Shown piece by piece: positions 15,075 to 30,500 of a stretch of DNA of 64,000 bases. This DNA is from Octopus bimaculoides (Eukaryota). The position numbers were made by a program, and so were the translations under genes. The stretch's first letter is position 1; each line of letters starts with the position of its first letter. The stretch is taken from the NCBI RefSeq assembly GCF_001194135.2, contig NC_068981.1, positions 20,177,443 to 20,241,442 of the forward strand, given 5' to 3'. The notes below the pieces were generated by a model. That model worked only from the letters and a program-made list of their open reading frames with translations, was not told where the DNA came from and did not search any database.

Positions 15075-15240
15075 TACGATGAGCTTCTTTCAGTTTCCGT
15101 CTACCAAATCCACTCACAAGGCTTGGGTCGGCCCGAGGCTATAGTAGAAGACACTTGCCTGAGGTGCCACGCAATGGGACTGAACCCAGAACCATGTGGT
15201 TGGTAAGCAAGCTACTTACCACACAGCCACCCCTACTCCT
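14805..15240 (-). mobile_element. tRNA-derived SINE family A, full length
   Basis: A-box-like TGGCTGTGTGG and B-box-like GGTTCAGTCCC in head, (TA)/(CA) core, (AAAGAGT)-like tail. Confidence 0.9.
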
Positions 15241-15955
15241 ATACTGTAATTATGGATGAAAAGGTCTGCTCAGTCAGGCGTGACCTGGGATTAAACAACA
15301 AATGTCTTGACAAAAAACAAGCATAAAGAAAAATTGAGCAAATGAGGAAGCCTCTACATTGTTGTTTGACCTATTAGGAATAGCAGCCATGTCTCCCTCA
15401 AATTAAAAAAAATGTTGAAGAATGCATTGGCTAAAGTTGCCTTTATAATGCTATGTTCTGAATAAAATGATGGGACAGGAACAGATGGAATATATTTAAT
15501 CATAAATCTGCATCAGCAGTATTGACCTGGGGTTACAAAAGAGCAACAAAAACAGGCCATGGTTATTCACTTCTCAACCTCGACCATGTTACATTTTCTG
15601 CAACATGCTGATGTTTACTGCTTCACTTTTATCACAACTTTTCATATGAAAGGTTAGGGTTTATATCAACGTATCTATACAAACATATAGTCAAACATAT
15701 AAACGAAATCATTATATTTCATACATATACACACAGTGCCTTCTGACTAATCTGGTGTCTTTGCAACCATCCCATAAAGATGTAATATTCCTTAGCTCTT
15801 TATGTTTGTTTATGTTGTACACAATAATAGTGGTTATCTACATATCACATACAGTTGTGCCTATGTGATTTTGTGAGTGTGTATGTGTGTGTGTGTGTGT
15901 GTGTGTTTGCGAGTGTGTGTGCATAAGGCAACTACCACTACAAGGATATCTATAC

Positions 15956-15992
<37 letters not shown>

Positions 15993-16984
15993 CGAGATAG
16001 AGAGAGAAATAAACTTAAGGCTTGGCCAATACTGGCCATGTCTAACTTAAAATCTGATGAAATCTAAGTTAAATTTTAGAACAGCATACACCCTTAAACA
16101 GAGTTGTTTGTTTGTTGGTTGAAACATATCTGGGTTTTAGTGGTTTGTTTTGTATTTCTTCAAGGAATTTATCCACCATGTGAAGTTCGAATGCAATGTG
16201 ATACTTTTTGTTCTTAGTTTGTCTTCAAATGTTCTTGAATCAAGCAGGACCAGCTAAGGCAAAAAGAATGTGGTTATGTGCTGTGAGAGGAGTGGGTGAT
16301 GTGAGGTCCAGTCTTACTTGATGCAACTTCACTAACAATATATATTTTCCTCATTCTGTAAATGATATAGCATCCATGGCAATGTTGAAAATAAGAATCA
16401 GAGAGTTTTAAGATATTCCTAAGGATCAAGATGTATCATGATATTCAATTTTTTATTTTTTTGGAATTATCATCTGAGGTGTTGCGATTCTTCTATTTTA
16501 TGTGGTAAGGCTTGGCTGTAGAAAGGTAAAGGATAAAAGGATGATAGCCTCTGTGTCTCTGGACTAGAAAGTTCTGAGGAACCAAGAGCTCACTTTGTGA
16601 TGTATATTGACTTTATAGTTGACATGAGCATGCTAATTGAGATTGTGATCATTAATTACTTATAAATCTCTATAAATCTTTAAATTCTTAGATTCATGAG
16701 AATTTCCCTTGGGAAAAGGGAATCTGATTGCTAAATACATCCACTTTTCTATGGCTAGATGCCTTTTCTGTCACTAACTCTCATTTGGTTCCAAGCAAGT
16801 TAATATTTTCTCATGGCCAGATATGTTTCCACAAAATATTGTAAATTAGTGACTCTGCTTGTATGAGAATGACACTCTCAACTTTACATGCCAAAACAAG
16901 GAGACACTAAATACAAACATTCACAGATACACATACATAACGAGATTCATATATAGAGATTAAAAAATATATGTGTGTGTGTGT

Positions 16985-17600
<616 letters not shown>

Positions 17601-19653
17601 TTACATATCCACAAGGTTACATATATATATATATATATGTATATATATGAAATCCGTTTACAAGGCCTTGATTAGCTCAGGGATATAGTAGATGAAACTT
17701 GGCCAAGATGCAACATAGTGGGACTGAAATCAAAACCAAGTGGTTAGGAAGCAAACTCCTTAACCCTACAGTCACACCTGTACATACATAGATATTTACT
17801 TTCAGTTATTTTTCCCTTCACTTCAATCAACTCATTTCTTTATTACTTATACCCCCCCCCCATCTCTTACCTCCTCACCACCTATGAAGATTTCAAGCTA
17901 TGACTAGTTCTGCATATTGCACCCATCACTCTACCTCACCCAGCCTTTGTTTGGCCTATATATAAGAGACTATTGGTCCATCTTCATCACTATACCTGCA
18001 CCCACCTTACCTCCTCCATCCATCTCCCCACTCCAATCATCACTCTCGTTCATATTACTTGTGATGCTCACTTATCCATTGCCACCCATCACTCCTTTTC
18101 TGTCAATATTTTCTCACTGTCTTCTTTCCACAACTTCTCTGCCAACACAACACCTTCTCCTCTCTCTGTCCTACCCCCTTCCACAACCCCCACATCTCTC
18201 AATCAACTCTCTTTGGATCCTTGCCACTCTCATCTTTCCATTCCATGTTCCCTTCACGCCACATCTCCCACTTTCACACAACTCAGGACCCCACTCAACA
18301 CACCCCACTTCACAACCTCCACTACTCTGTCCCTTCCTTTCTTACAAACCAATTATACTAATCCTTTTCTTTCTAGTTACCTAAAATTGTTATTTGCAAC
18401 CTCATTTCTTCTGTTTTTCCCCAGTCTCTGTCTTAGCTTTTATAAATATGTCTACTGTAGCATTCCACCATCAAGTCACCTTCCATCTTGTTTGGAAGTT
18501 TGCTCTGTCCACAGATCCAACATATCTTGACATCTGCATACGGATTGTAAACAAAAGTCCCTTCACTCATATCAATGGTGTCATATGCTCACTGTCTCCT
18601 GTGAAAGCTCGTCCAGGATGTTCATGTTTAATGAACTTAGGGATTATTACTTTGCTTGGAAACAGATGAGAGTAAGGGATCAAGGATCAAGTCTTAGAAA
18701 ATTCTGCCTCAAAATGGTCTTTTCTGATCCTCACAAGCATGGAGAATTAGACATTAAGTGGTGGTGGTGGCAGCAGCGGTGTATGAATCTTGATCATCAT
18801 TTAATGTCCATGTTCCATGCTGGCATGTGTTAACTGGTTTGAGAGGTTCCATTGGATACAAGGACTGCATTATGTTCTAGTATCTACTTTGGTATGGTTT
18901 CCACCATAACATCAGTCACTTTACAATGTGTACTGGATGCTTTTTTTTTTTTTTTTGTGCCACCAATACCAAGGTTACTATGCAGCTTGCAAGACTATGA
19001 ACTTTGAGAGAGATAGTTTTGTGCTAAGAGATGAAGGGACCAAAGCAGGTCAGATTTCTTGTTTTAGAGGGGCTACATGGTTACCCATGTTAGAGAAGAG
19101 AGGGTGGGGAGCAGAAAAGAGGTGAAATAGTGGTGAAGAGGCATCTGTGTGGACCCTCAAGGTTTGAGGTGAGTAGAAGTGAATGGAAGCAGAAGAATTG
19201 GGAGTGTGGGTGGGTAGAGGTTGCAAGAGTGTATGGGAGAGTGATGATGGGTGAGAGGATGAATACAATGAAGAACAAGTGTTAAATGAATGGTAAGTGG
19301 GTGAGGTAGCAAAAGGTAGGTGATAGCTGTAGAGATTGGATAGGATTGAGGGGGTGGATGTAGGGAATGATGCATAAGGGGAGGGTGGAACAATGATGCA
19401 GTGGGGTGAAAAGTAGCAGAATAGTAATGATAATACAGTAGACAGAAGGATGAGATGAAGAGTGTGGGAGAGGGACAGAGTAGTACATGGGGAGAGAGAC
19501 ATACAGTAAAAGGGAAGGTGAGATGATTGAGTGGCTTGGAGAGGGATCAATATAAAATGTGGGTGGAGAGGACAGTATTGAAGATGAGGGTTGGATATCA
19601 AATGAAATGGTTCTGAGTTGTGAGAAAGAGTAATGGTATCACAGAAAAGCACT

Positions 19654-19909
<256 letters not shown>

Positions 19910-21924
19910 GTCTCAACATAGAGTCTCAATCAAATCACTTGCAAGACAAATACAACTCTTGTGTGCATGTGTGTGTGGTATGTACATCTATATGAATGTT
20001 TATATTCTACATATCTTTATATGACATTGTTTGGGCAAATAATGTCGTGTTAATGGTTCCAGTAAGTAATAGCCCCGGTAGTTCTGAGCATTTAACTTGT
20101 AAAGACCAATGGAATAAAAACTCCCTTACTTGAAAAAGAGATGACAACAAGAAAAATACATGGCTGTAATATACTGCATCAATAAGTTTCCATCTAACCC
20201 TTGCTTGCATGGAAAAGAAAGTGTAAAGATGATGATGATGACAACAGCAACAACGATATACCACACACGTGTGTGTGTGGTAATTTGTGCAAGATAAATA
20301 GGGATTGTATTCATGAACTATGGTCTCATCCAGTTGGTTGAACCATATATGTCCAGTTTTAGAAAGTATGAGTAATTGTGAACTGAGGTGGGTGGTCATA
20401 GAGCATACGGAGAGATTATAGAGTAAGGGTATGGTTGTAAAGTGAAGTGGGTGATTGTAGAGGAAAGTGGGGGTGAATCTTGGTGTTGTTGTTTGGCTCC
20501 AGGTTAATCTTGATTCAGTAGACCTGTGGTCAGAAGCTTTTCAACCATTATCGTCTTTTCTGTCTTCACAGATTAAGAGCCATGTTATTCTTTCTTCTTT
20601 TGAAAGAGTGATGTGCAATTTGAGGGAGATCTAACTGCTATTTCTAGCACATTTAGTGACCTACATAGGCTCCCTTGCTGGCTCATTGTGTGGATGATTG
20701 TAGTTGATGGTGATTGAACAATGTAAAATGCAAATTAAAATGTCATAGAAGTTGCAGCGAAACTCCTATTAGATTAGGGTTAAAAGCAGCACTTAGCAGG
20801 CATAAAAGGTAATGCTTTTATTGGAATTGGTTGGCATCGTGAAAGGGAGGACATATAAATTCAAGTTGTGGAATGAAGAATAGTTTTTAGTTCTATTTAA
20901 TTAGCTTCACAGAATTTGTAGTTGATTCACTCTGGAATTGGTTGAATTAAAAGGTAGTTGTTACACATATACTGTACATTGACTACTGATTGGTGACGAA
21001 AGAGAGATCATTGGTCAGTAACTGACTCTGGGGAGGTCACTGATGAGCAACTCAGTGTTTCTGGATGGGTTAATGTCTCTTATTAGAGATTAACTATACA
21101 ATTACGTGCCATAATTTACAAACAGATGTCATGAGAGAGGGAGAGATAGAATAGATAGATTAAAATCTAATGTAGGGTACATGGTTTAATAGTAACATCA
21201 AAATATTGTTGTCTAATCCCGGGTAAACCCTAAGTGTACAGATCTATGTTCAAAGCTTTTCCAGGAATAGCCAATTAATCTTTTTCTGTAATTACAACTG
21301 CATTATTCAAAGTGTTCTTTTAAATGACAGTGTGTAATTTGAGCAAAATTTGACTGACTGGTTAGTCAAATGGATATCTAAAGGCTCTATTGTTGGCATG
21401 TAACACTGGGATGTCATCTGAGTCTGTGGATTTTGGGAGTAACAAAATATTCAATGAAGGGAAGAATAAAAATGGGTGGACTTGATTTTTTTTTTATATA
21501 TTTATTTGATGAGAGCAAAGTTGGGTTAGAAGATGCAGGAAAGATGTTGGTTTTTAGTGACAACAAAAGTTGGTTTACACATATTGAGAGTAAATTGAAA
21601 AACTGGGATCATCTGAGATTATCCAAGCAATCAAAAACCTCTTTCTACACGCTTGGATAATCTCATTTAACTGAAGTTTTCAACTATATTGCATATATGT
21701 GACCCTACTATATATGTGTTTAGTACGCATAGTGCTCACCTGAGGTATTTTCTCTCAACCATATTATTGACCACAGAGGTTAAGTTACAAAGGAAAGGAA
21801 GATTGAGTGTAGTCAGAGAAGATATTGGTAAAGTGACAGAATACAGAGTTATATTTTATGGAGTGTAGAGAGATTGTTTTGCAGTGTACAGAACAAAAAT
21901 GCTTTATATTTTTCATCAAGAATA

Positions 21925-22237
21925 GGTGCAGGAGTGGCTGTGTGGTAAGCCTTGTGAGTGGATTTGGTAGACGGAAACTGAAAGAAGCCCGTCATATATA
22001 TATATGTATATATATATATATATGTGTAAGTGTTTGTGTGTCTGTGTTTGTCCCCCCAACATCACTTGACAACCGATGCTGGTGTGTTTAGGTCCCCGTA
22101 ACTTAGTGGTTCGACAAAAGAGACCGATAGAATAAATACTAGGCTTACGAAGAATAAGTCCTGGGGTCGATTTGCTCGACTAAAAGGCGGCACTCCAGCA
22201 TGGCCGCAGTCAAATGACTGAAACAAGTAAAAGAGTA
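21925..22237 (+). mobile_element. SINE family A with ~93-bp internal deletion removing the B box
   Basis: ggctgtgtggtaag joined directly to ccttgtgagtgg; rest colinear with other copies. Confidence 0.88.
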
Positions 22238-23112
22238 AGCATCTTGATGTGAATGAAGAACAATGTTCATTCTTTGAAAACACTTGATTACCTCTTTGGT
22301 TGTTGTTGTTGTAAACGTCTCTTTTCCTTATGTGTAGGTAACTATTTAGATAGTAGAATGTATGTTGAAGGATGCTAAGCTGCTATTTCTTGCAGGTTGA
22401 ACATAGAGGCTCCTTCATTAGCTTGAAATTCGTTTGGTGATTGCAATGTGTAAGAGAGAGACAAACAAACAGGCAGAGAGGAAGGTGAGTCTGATTAAAG
22501 GTGAACAGACCATGTATAGGTGTTTTTAGATGAAAATCAAACATGAGTAGGAACCACTGATTTGAATATATTAGTAAAGTATAAGTAATGTTTTAACAAA
22601 AGACCCACATGGTAGAATCAACATGTTATTAGAGAACCACCAGCTGATTATGGTGCCAGAGTGGTACCAGCATTGCTGTTAAAACAAACATTACTGTCAT
22701 ATTTAGAGTGAGTTTTCTTAAATCTCCTCAACTCAGTCTTATAAAACTACTTATTAGTTGGATTATTGTTCACTGTTACTGTATACAAAACTTGAGTTTA
22801 CTGCTTCACTGGGAATTAGCTGTCTCTCTTAATATAACCTTTGACATGTCAATTGATGTATAGCTACTAATTCTCAAGTGGTCTCATCTATACTACACTA
22901 ATTCTCAGAATTATTAAAGACTTTCAAAAGACAGCCAAGTGAATATTGGAAGTTGTCACCAAACAGCAATTATTCATTTTCTTATTATTAGTTTCTCACC
23001 AATAAATTTCTTTGTATGCTAATCTACATCATTACTTAAGTCATTTCTCCTTCCTCTAGATATTTAAAATAAACAGGGAATGTAAATAATAGATAGGTTG
23101 ATAGATAGATAA

Positions 23113-23158
<46 letters not shown>

Positions 23159-23239
23159 TGACTGATAAATAGATATTGTATGTTATTTACATTTCCTGTT
23201 TGAACATTGGGTGACATGCCATGCTTGAAAAGATCCATG

Positions 23240-24113
23240 AAGCAAAATGAAATCATAGTCGTGATCAATGATAGTGTTGTGTAACTGGCAGGTAAAAAGC
23301 ACTGTTCAACCGTTGGGCCTCACAGAGGCAGTGACAAGTGATTGAGACCTTTGGCAATATACCATACCCTAACCTTAAGACCTGTCAAGCCAAGTGAGAT
23401 CATAGTCGTGGCCGATGCCAGCAATGCATAACTGGCATATAAAAAGCATCCATTACACACTTGGAGTAACTGGCATTAGGAAGGGCACCCAGCCATAGAA
23501 ACCATACCAAATTAGATTGGAACCTGGTGCAGCTCCCCAGCTTACCAGTTTCCAGTCGAACCGTCCAACTCATGCTAGCATGGAAAACAGACATTAAATG
23601 AAGATGTTGATGATGATAATATTAATGTCATAAGAATTTATAAACTTTCAAGAGAATGTGATATAATTATTTTTGAAGAACTGGATCTGAAAGTTCATAT
23701 AATACTATAAATATAATATTCTTTTCTACACCAAAATCAAAATCAAATCAAATCAAATCACAATCAAATGGAAATTGTAGTTGTGGTCCCTGTGCCGGTG
23801 GCATGTAAAAAGCACCATCTGAACGTGGCCGATGCCAGTGCTTCCTTGAGAGGCTCCCATGCCAGTGGCACGTAAAAGTACCATTCGATCGTGGTCGATG
23901 CCAGCTCCCTCTGGCCCCTGTGCCGGTGACACGTAAAAAGCACCCACTAAACTCTCGGAGTGGTTGGCGTTAGGAAGGGCATCCAGCTGTAGAAACACTG
24001 CCAGATCAGACTGGATCCTGGTGCAGCCTCCTGGCTTCCCGGACCCCAGTTGAACTGTCCAACGCATGCCAACATGGGAAACGGACATTAAACGATGATG
24101 ATGATGATGATGA
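23240..24113 (+). mobile_element. Two adjacent RTE 3' fragments (23240-23620 and 23770-24113)
   Basis: Both end ...catggaaa..gac(a)ttaaa..gatga; first has ORF-end remnant plus one cassette unit, second has three units. Confidence 0.8.
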
Positions 24114-24253
24114 GTCTAGGCACAAAGCCCGAAATTTGGGGGGAGGGAGGTGCCAGGATATGCGAAGGCTTGAAAGAAATGAAGCCAGTATGCTCTGCTG
24201 GATGGGTAATGTCAGTGTGCATATATGACAATATGCTAGCATGGGTGGATAGC

Positions 24254-24553
24254 CAATTTGGGAAATAGGGATCTATCTCTTGGCCAGCTAACGGATTGTA
24301 AGGACTCTTATGAGCTTAATCAGCAAACTTAATCAGCTGTGCAGAGCTTGCAGCACCCACTCTCATTGATGAATGAGCCAGAATACTTAAAGACTCAATT
24401 AGACCTGAATATTTGTCAAAAAGTATTCTCACAATATGTCCATTTCAAGCACTGCCAGCTGCAAAATTAGGATTTCCTATTTGCTGATTAAGCTTGTAAG
24501 AGTCTTTACAACCTGTTAGCAGGCCAAAAGGTAGATCCTTATTCCCCAAATTG
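24254..24553. mobile_element. Non-autonomous element with 74-bp terminal inverted repeats (300 bp)
   Basis: Arms 24254-24327 and 24480-24553 match at 64/74; no TSD resolved. Confidence 0.75.
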
Positions 24554-25475
24554 ACTGGTCTAAGGGCGATAATCCATCCTCACCAATGCCAGAACGTTTA
24601 GCCTCTGATGATCTTTTGACCAATTGACCATAACAACTTTCCATCTCTGAGAGATGAAGAGTTAAATTTGTCTTTGTTAGAGTCTGATGAGCTGTTCACA
24701 AAGCTGCATCTTTCATGGATGCAAAACCGTTGGTCATTCTATGACCAGGCTTTAACTTTAGTGCTTTCTCTCTTTCTCACTCTCTCTCTCTCTCTCTATA
24801 TANNNNNNNNNNGAGAGAGAGAGAGAGACAGAGACAGAGAGAGTGATAGACAGATAGACAGATAAAAAGATTTGAATGGCTGGATAGGTGGACAGATGAA
24901 CTGACAGACAGACAGATGGACTGACAGATAGACAGATTGGTGGGTAGATGGACAGACTAGATTAGATTGGATAGCTAGTTATTTAGATCAATGGATGGAG
25001 GGACAAACAAATTGAATAAATTGATGGGAAAATGGACAGACAGAATGGACTGACAAATGGCTGGACAAATAGCCAGAGAGATGAATGGACAGGCTGACAA
25101 ACTGACTAGTTCAGATAAGGTGAATAGATAGACAGAAGAAAAGGCAGACAGAGAAGTAGAGAACAAGACTATTATAGTACCTCATAGATGACTCACCATA
25201 CCAACTTGTGGTTTGTTAATTCTTCTTTCAGTGGGATAAAAACGTGTGTATGTGTGCGTTTGTGATTACAACAGAACACTCAGATACCAACACTATCATC
25301 ATTAGGCTTATACATAATATGATAGAAACATTACTGTCAAAGTAAAAACCTTCTATGGCTATAAATGTCTTTGTATGTGCATGCAATAATATGCAAAGTA
25401 CCACCCTCATTATCACCAGAACTATATTTATAGAGTACTGATAAAATCTATTCTGAACACTTCGAACACATGCAC

Positions 25476-25534
<59 letters not shown>

Positions 25535-26067
25535 ATGCATGTGTGTGTGTTTACAAGATTACTTACACTCAGACACCACCAACACAGCCAAGAGTACTGA
25601 TAAACCTTTTGTGTGTGTATGTGGTTAGAAAGTAACATTCCATCATCACCACCACCACCACCACCACCACCATCATGTGAGATTGGCTGAGATATTCTGT
25701 GCATATGTCTGTGTGATGCTCAGTGTAACTGGGAGGTAACATTGCCATCTGCCATCACCACAAATGATCTCTCAACCTGCTGAGATATCAGCTAAACTTT
25801 TTCATATCACACTCTAACACTTTACAAAGAAATGATATATTGAATAATATATACTCTTAGATACACTATGCTTAAAAAAAACAAGACAAGATGATTGCAG
25901 CTGGAATATCTTTAATCATTGGTCTTTTTGATTACTTTAGTATTACTTTCATATCACTAACCCACACATATATTCTTTTATCCAAATTACAAAATTTCAG
26001 GTCACTACACTCTATATATGAAATTTTTTTTAATACATCTTTTAGTACATTCATATATACTTATGTT

Positions 26068-26441
26068 GTGGAGACGCAATGGCCCAGTGGTTAGGGCAGC
26101 GGACTCACGGTCATAGTATCGCGGTTTCGATTCCCAGACCGAGCGTTGTGAGTGTTTATTGAGCGAACACACCTAAAGTTCCACGAGGCTCCGGCAGGGG
26201 ATGGTGGCTGTACTCTTTCACCACATCTTTCTCTTACTTCCTGTTTCTGTTGTGCCTGTAATTCAAAGGGCCAGCCTTGTCACACTGCGTCATGCTGAAT
26301 CTCCGCGAGAACTACATTAAGGGTACACGTGTCTGTGGAGTGCTCAGCCACTTGCACGTTAATTTCACGAGCAGGCTGTTCCATTGATCGGATCAACTGG
26401 AACCCTTGACGTCGTAAGCGATGGAGTGCCAACAACAACAA
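26068..26441 (+). mobile_element. tRNA-derived SINE with (CAA)n tail and 13-bp target-site duplication
   Basis: A box TGGCCCAGTGGTTAG, B box GGTTTCGATTCCC; tail caacaacaaca; TSD atatacttatgtt at 26055-26067 and 26442-26454. Confidence 0.92.
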
Positions 26442-27479
26442 ATATACTTATGTTATTTTAATCCATGCTATTGGATCATTTGAGTTATTTCCTTAGGTTC
26501 AAGTCTTATTTTTATTATCCAAATGAGTGTTTTGGCCAAAAGATAATTGTACTTTTTTTTTTATTCACAAAAACCCATGTTTATCGATCAAATAGATTTG
26601 TGTTGTTTACACTTTGCTAATAAGGTCTAATAAAACCAAAGCATGATCATTACTGTCACCATCTCTGCAAACAATGATCCAATTTTCTTTTGAAATTATC
26701 TACCCTTTGTGAGTCATTAATGAATGCTGATATTTTGTTTTTTTTTTACTCCTTCAAGTCAAAGGAAAATTTCAGTTTATGTAGAATCTTTGTATACATC
26801 ATGCAGTGTGGCTATATGTACTTGCTTGATTTCACCATGTCATTGGCTTATTTTAGTTATTTCCCTTGCATAAGTTTTGCTTTTCATTACACTCAACTAC
26901 CACACCACTGTATAAGCCAACAAAGAAGCCTTTTTACTCAACCTACTAAAAATAATAGGCAAATCTCCCTCAATTCATACCCTGCCTTCTTAAAAAGAAC
27001 ACATAGGATATGATGTGATCACAGATATTCTGTATCTGATCAAAACACCAAGAACATCAAATACCCCAAGCAATGCGTATGAGTGTGTTCATGTGTATGT
27101 GTGTATGTATATATGTGTGTGTGTTAATGTGTATATACCCATACCCACATGCGCATAAATACATATGGGTGTGTGTTATATATGTAAGTGTATGTAGATA
27201 TCTGTGCATGTGTATTTGAAGAAACATATTGGAAGATAATTGGTATAGAAGAATATGTGTATATGTTTTCAAATGTGTTTAAATATTCTTCACAAAATTA
27301 CATTCTGCACCAGACACTCATATAACAATAAACTGATACCATCAAATGTTTTACATAGCTTACTATTTTGTTTGCAGTTAAAATATATTTTCTAGCAGTA
27401 TTTTGATATGAACAAATGTTTTACCGATATTCTTTGATCTCAAAATTGTGATTATATTCAATTTGTCTGCCTTCATCTC

Positions 27480-27519
<40 letters not shown>

Positions 27520-30500
27520 TCTCCCATATCTCTCCTTATCTCTCTCCTATATCTCTCCTCTCTCTCTCTTTCTTCCATCTCTCATCTCCCCTCTCTCCTG
27601 CTACCTCTCTTTTTTCCTTTCTATACCCTCACACCATACAGATTCAATATAGTATCTCTGTAAACCTCTGTAACAAAGCGGTTCTAGAATACACTGCCAT
27701 TCTTACCAAAGACAGTTGTATATTCCATCTGTACTATTGAATAAAGATTTTTAATTCAATCAAAGCTATGTCATACCTTTTATTAACAGGCTGATAACTT
27801 TTGTATTTATCTGTTTGTTTTTTTCATGCTCTCCTCTCCAATCTGACACACTTTCCTCATTAGAGAAAACATTTACTTTCATAATTTTTTAAAATCTGAA
27901 CTGATTTAATTTTTCATTACTCACTTCATTTAAAAGATAATTTTTAATTTTTATATTTTCCAAATTCTTGATAATTTTTTTCTCTCTCTTCATATAGATT
28001 TTTTCATTTTCTAATTTATTTCAACTTATAAAACAATTAGTTTGAAAACACATGCCTTCAATTTAAATTAATTTTATTATTGATTTCCCTTTTTTAAACA
28101 TCAATTAATTAACACTCTAGATAAAAAAAAAAAGCTATTGTATCATTTTATTTTCCATTTATTTGTTATTTCTCAAACATTTTGTAACACCCAAGGATAT
28201 AAAATCACACGAAATGATAAATATCAGATGTGTTAGAGATAAGGGGTGGTTCTGGTCAGTATTGATAGACATGAAATCACTGAAAACAATGCTGGTTATT
28301 GAAGTAAAGTTAAATTTTACTTTATATCTGCAGTTACCAGGAAATATATTTATTTTTATAATGAAATATAAGAGTTAATTAATCTTGTGTTGTTTGATAT
28401 TTGAAAGAAATCTTGTCAAAATATTAAAGACGGTTTCTGCAATACAATACTAGTTTTTTTTTCCCCCATCTCTTATTGTTGGGCATGTTAACATGACATG
28501 TTACTGTATACATGGAAATATCTATATCTTCCTATATTATGCTATGATGGTCCGTTGTTATTGAAACATTTCCTTTGCAACAAAATAAGTGACAAGGTTA
28601 TTTTGTTAGAGTTTGGATGTCAACCATTTTTATGGACATATGTCACACCACAGTTTCAATCAGTGAACTTGAGAAAAGTTTTAGAAATCTTCACATTTCA
28701 CTTTCTAGACATGTACAATAACTCTTTCTTTCTTTATATATATATATATTGTCAATATGTGCACTTTAGAAAAAAAGAAATATCTCAAGATTCACTTAAA
28801 TATTGAAGAATTATTATCTCAATCTATATTTTCATTGAATTGAGTCTAATAATAAAATATTTCATTGAAATTAGAATGAAATCGCCAATAGAAAATATGA
28901 ATGACAGTTTTATCTTATAATGTCAGTATCAGCAATCTATAAGTCTCAGCAAACTAAGTATAACTGCATTGTGATGAGCATAGCCAAGAAGTTGAAAGTC
29001 ATAAAATGATTTATTTTCACTTTTACTGCTACTGCCATGTCCTCAATCAACAGGATAGTCTATCTGTGTAAGGTAAAAATCTACTTATATTATTGGCACT
29101 GTATATACTGACAGGATTTCTTGCTAGATGTAAGACAGAAATCAATGCAAGAGCTCAGTCTTTCTAAAATATTTCCACAGCCATGTTTGAATTCTTCTCT
29201 TTTTATTCTACTTGGGAAGTTAACAACTTTGCAGAAAAATATTTCAAAATAGAATTTAAATTTGTATTTAGGCCGAAATTTCTTTTTTCTTTTATCCTTT
29301 TCTTATTCTTTTGAAATTAGAAACTTCACTTCAAGTATCTTTCCTTTCAACAATTGTGGAGAGTTTTTCCTCACTACACTATACTTCATATGGTTGTCAT
29401 TATTGTAATGCGAAACATCTTCACCAGAATTAAAATGTTATTATTTATATGTTGTTGCCTTCTATTGTCACAAGGGAAAAGTTCTATTTTAGATTATAAC
29501 AGAAGTTTAAATTTGTTCATATGCCCCCTGTTGATAATCTAAATAGCATGGTGCAATTTTACACGAAACCAGTGAGACAGTTCTAAGCTTTGACCACAAT
29601 CATATTTTAAAACTTGCATATTCCTTCTGGTGCACTATATATATATATATATATATATATNNNNNNNNNNNNNNNNNNNNNNNATAATAAGAGTGAAAAA
29701 ACTACAGAAGGTTTGTGTTACATGGTTAAAGTATATATTTAAATTATGTCAGAAAAATGTTAGAAAAATGTTATAAAATCTTTTTGGTATATAAACATTG
29801 TATTTTGAGAAATAACTGGTTTCGTGTTGTCTTTTCAAATTTCTCTACTTCATTGTAACGTGTTCGCTGCAAACATATATGTATGTATGTATAAATACAT
29901 ACATACATACATACATACATACATACATACATGCATGCATGCATGCATGTATGTATGCATGCATGCCTGCACCTATGTATATGATCATTTTCATGTTTTC
30001 CATGCTGGCTCAAGTTGAACAGCTCATCACAATCTGAATCAGTTCTTATTTAGCGTCATGCCCTCCTTGGCTGATTAGAGGACCATTGCCACTTATGTAT
30101 TTCAGGTTTTGACATGGTTTCTATGATTAGATATTCTCCTTTAAAAAATATTCTCACAACATATATACACATTCAGACACTCAGAAAGGCAACTCACTAT
30201 CCAAATATATCTGGATTTGAACAAATGATTGTATAAACAATATAAAATTGATTGGTCTGTTATGGAAAGTATATTACCCCAACATTAATGTGATCTTTGT
30301 CTCAGAAAAGCTAGTGATCTTATTGCTTTTGTAACTTTCCTCCTAAAGATCTGCATTGAATTTTTGCAGACACTGTCAATATTTATTGAGCAATTTCCAG
30401 ATATCATCTGGTTAAAATAATATATTTCCCACACAATGGATTTGCTATATCATGAAAAAGTGCCACACATTCATTCAATTGTTCATTAACACAAAAGCTA

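Noticed and set aside
17850-19650. Opposed C/T-rich and G/A-rich tracts with 150-200 aa ORFs (also 41990-42600, 56700-56950)
   Set aside because: Low-complexity, stop-poor composition; faint GIY-YIG-like words suggest decayed retroelements but are too weak to call.
26068-26140. tRNA-like sequences (also 16985-17055 and family A heads)
   Set aside because: SINE heads continuing into SINE bodies; no complete cloverleaf supported.
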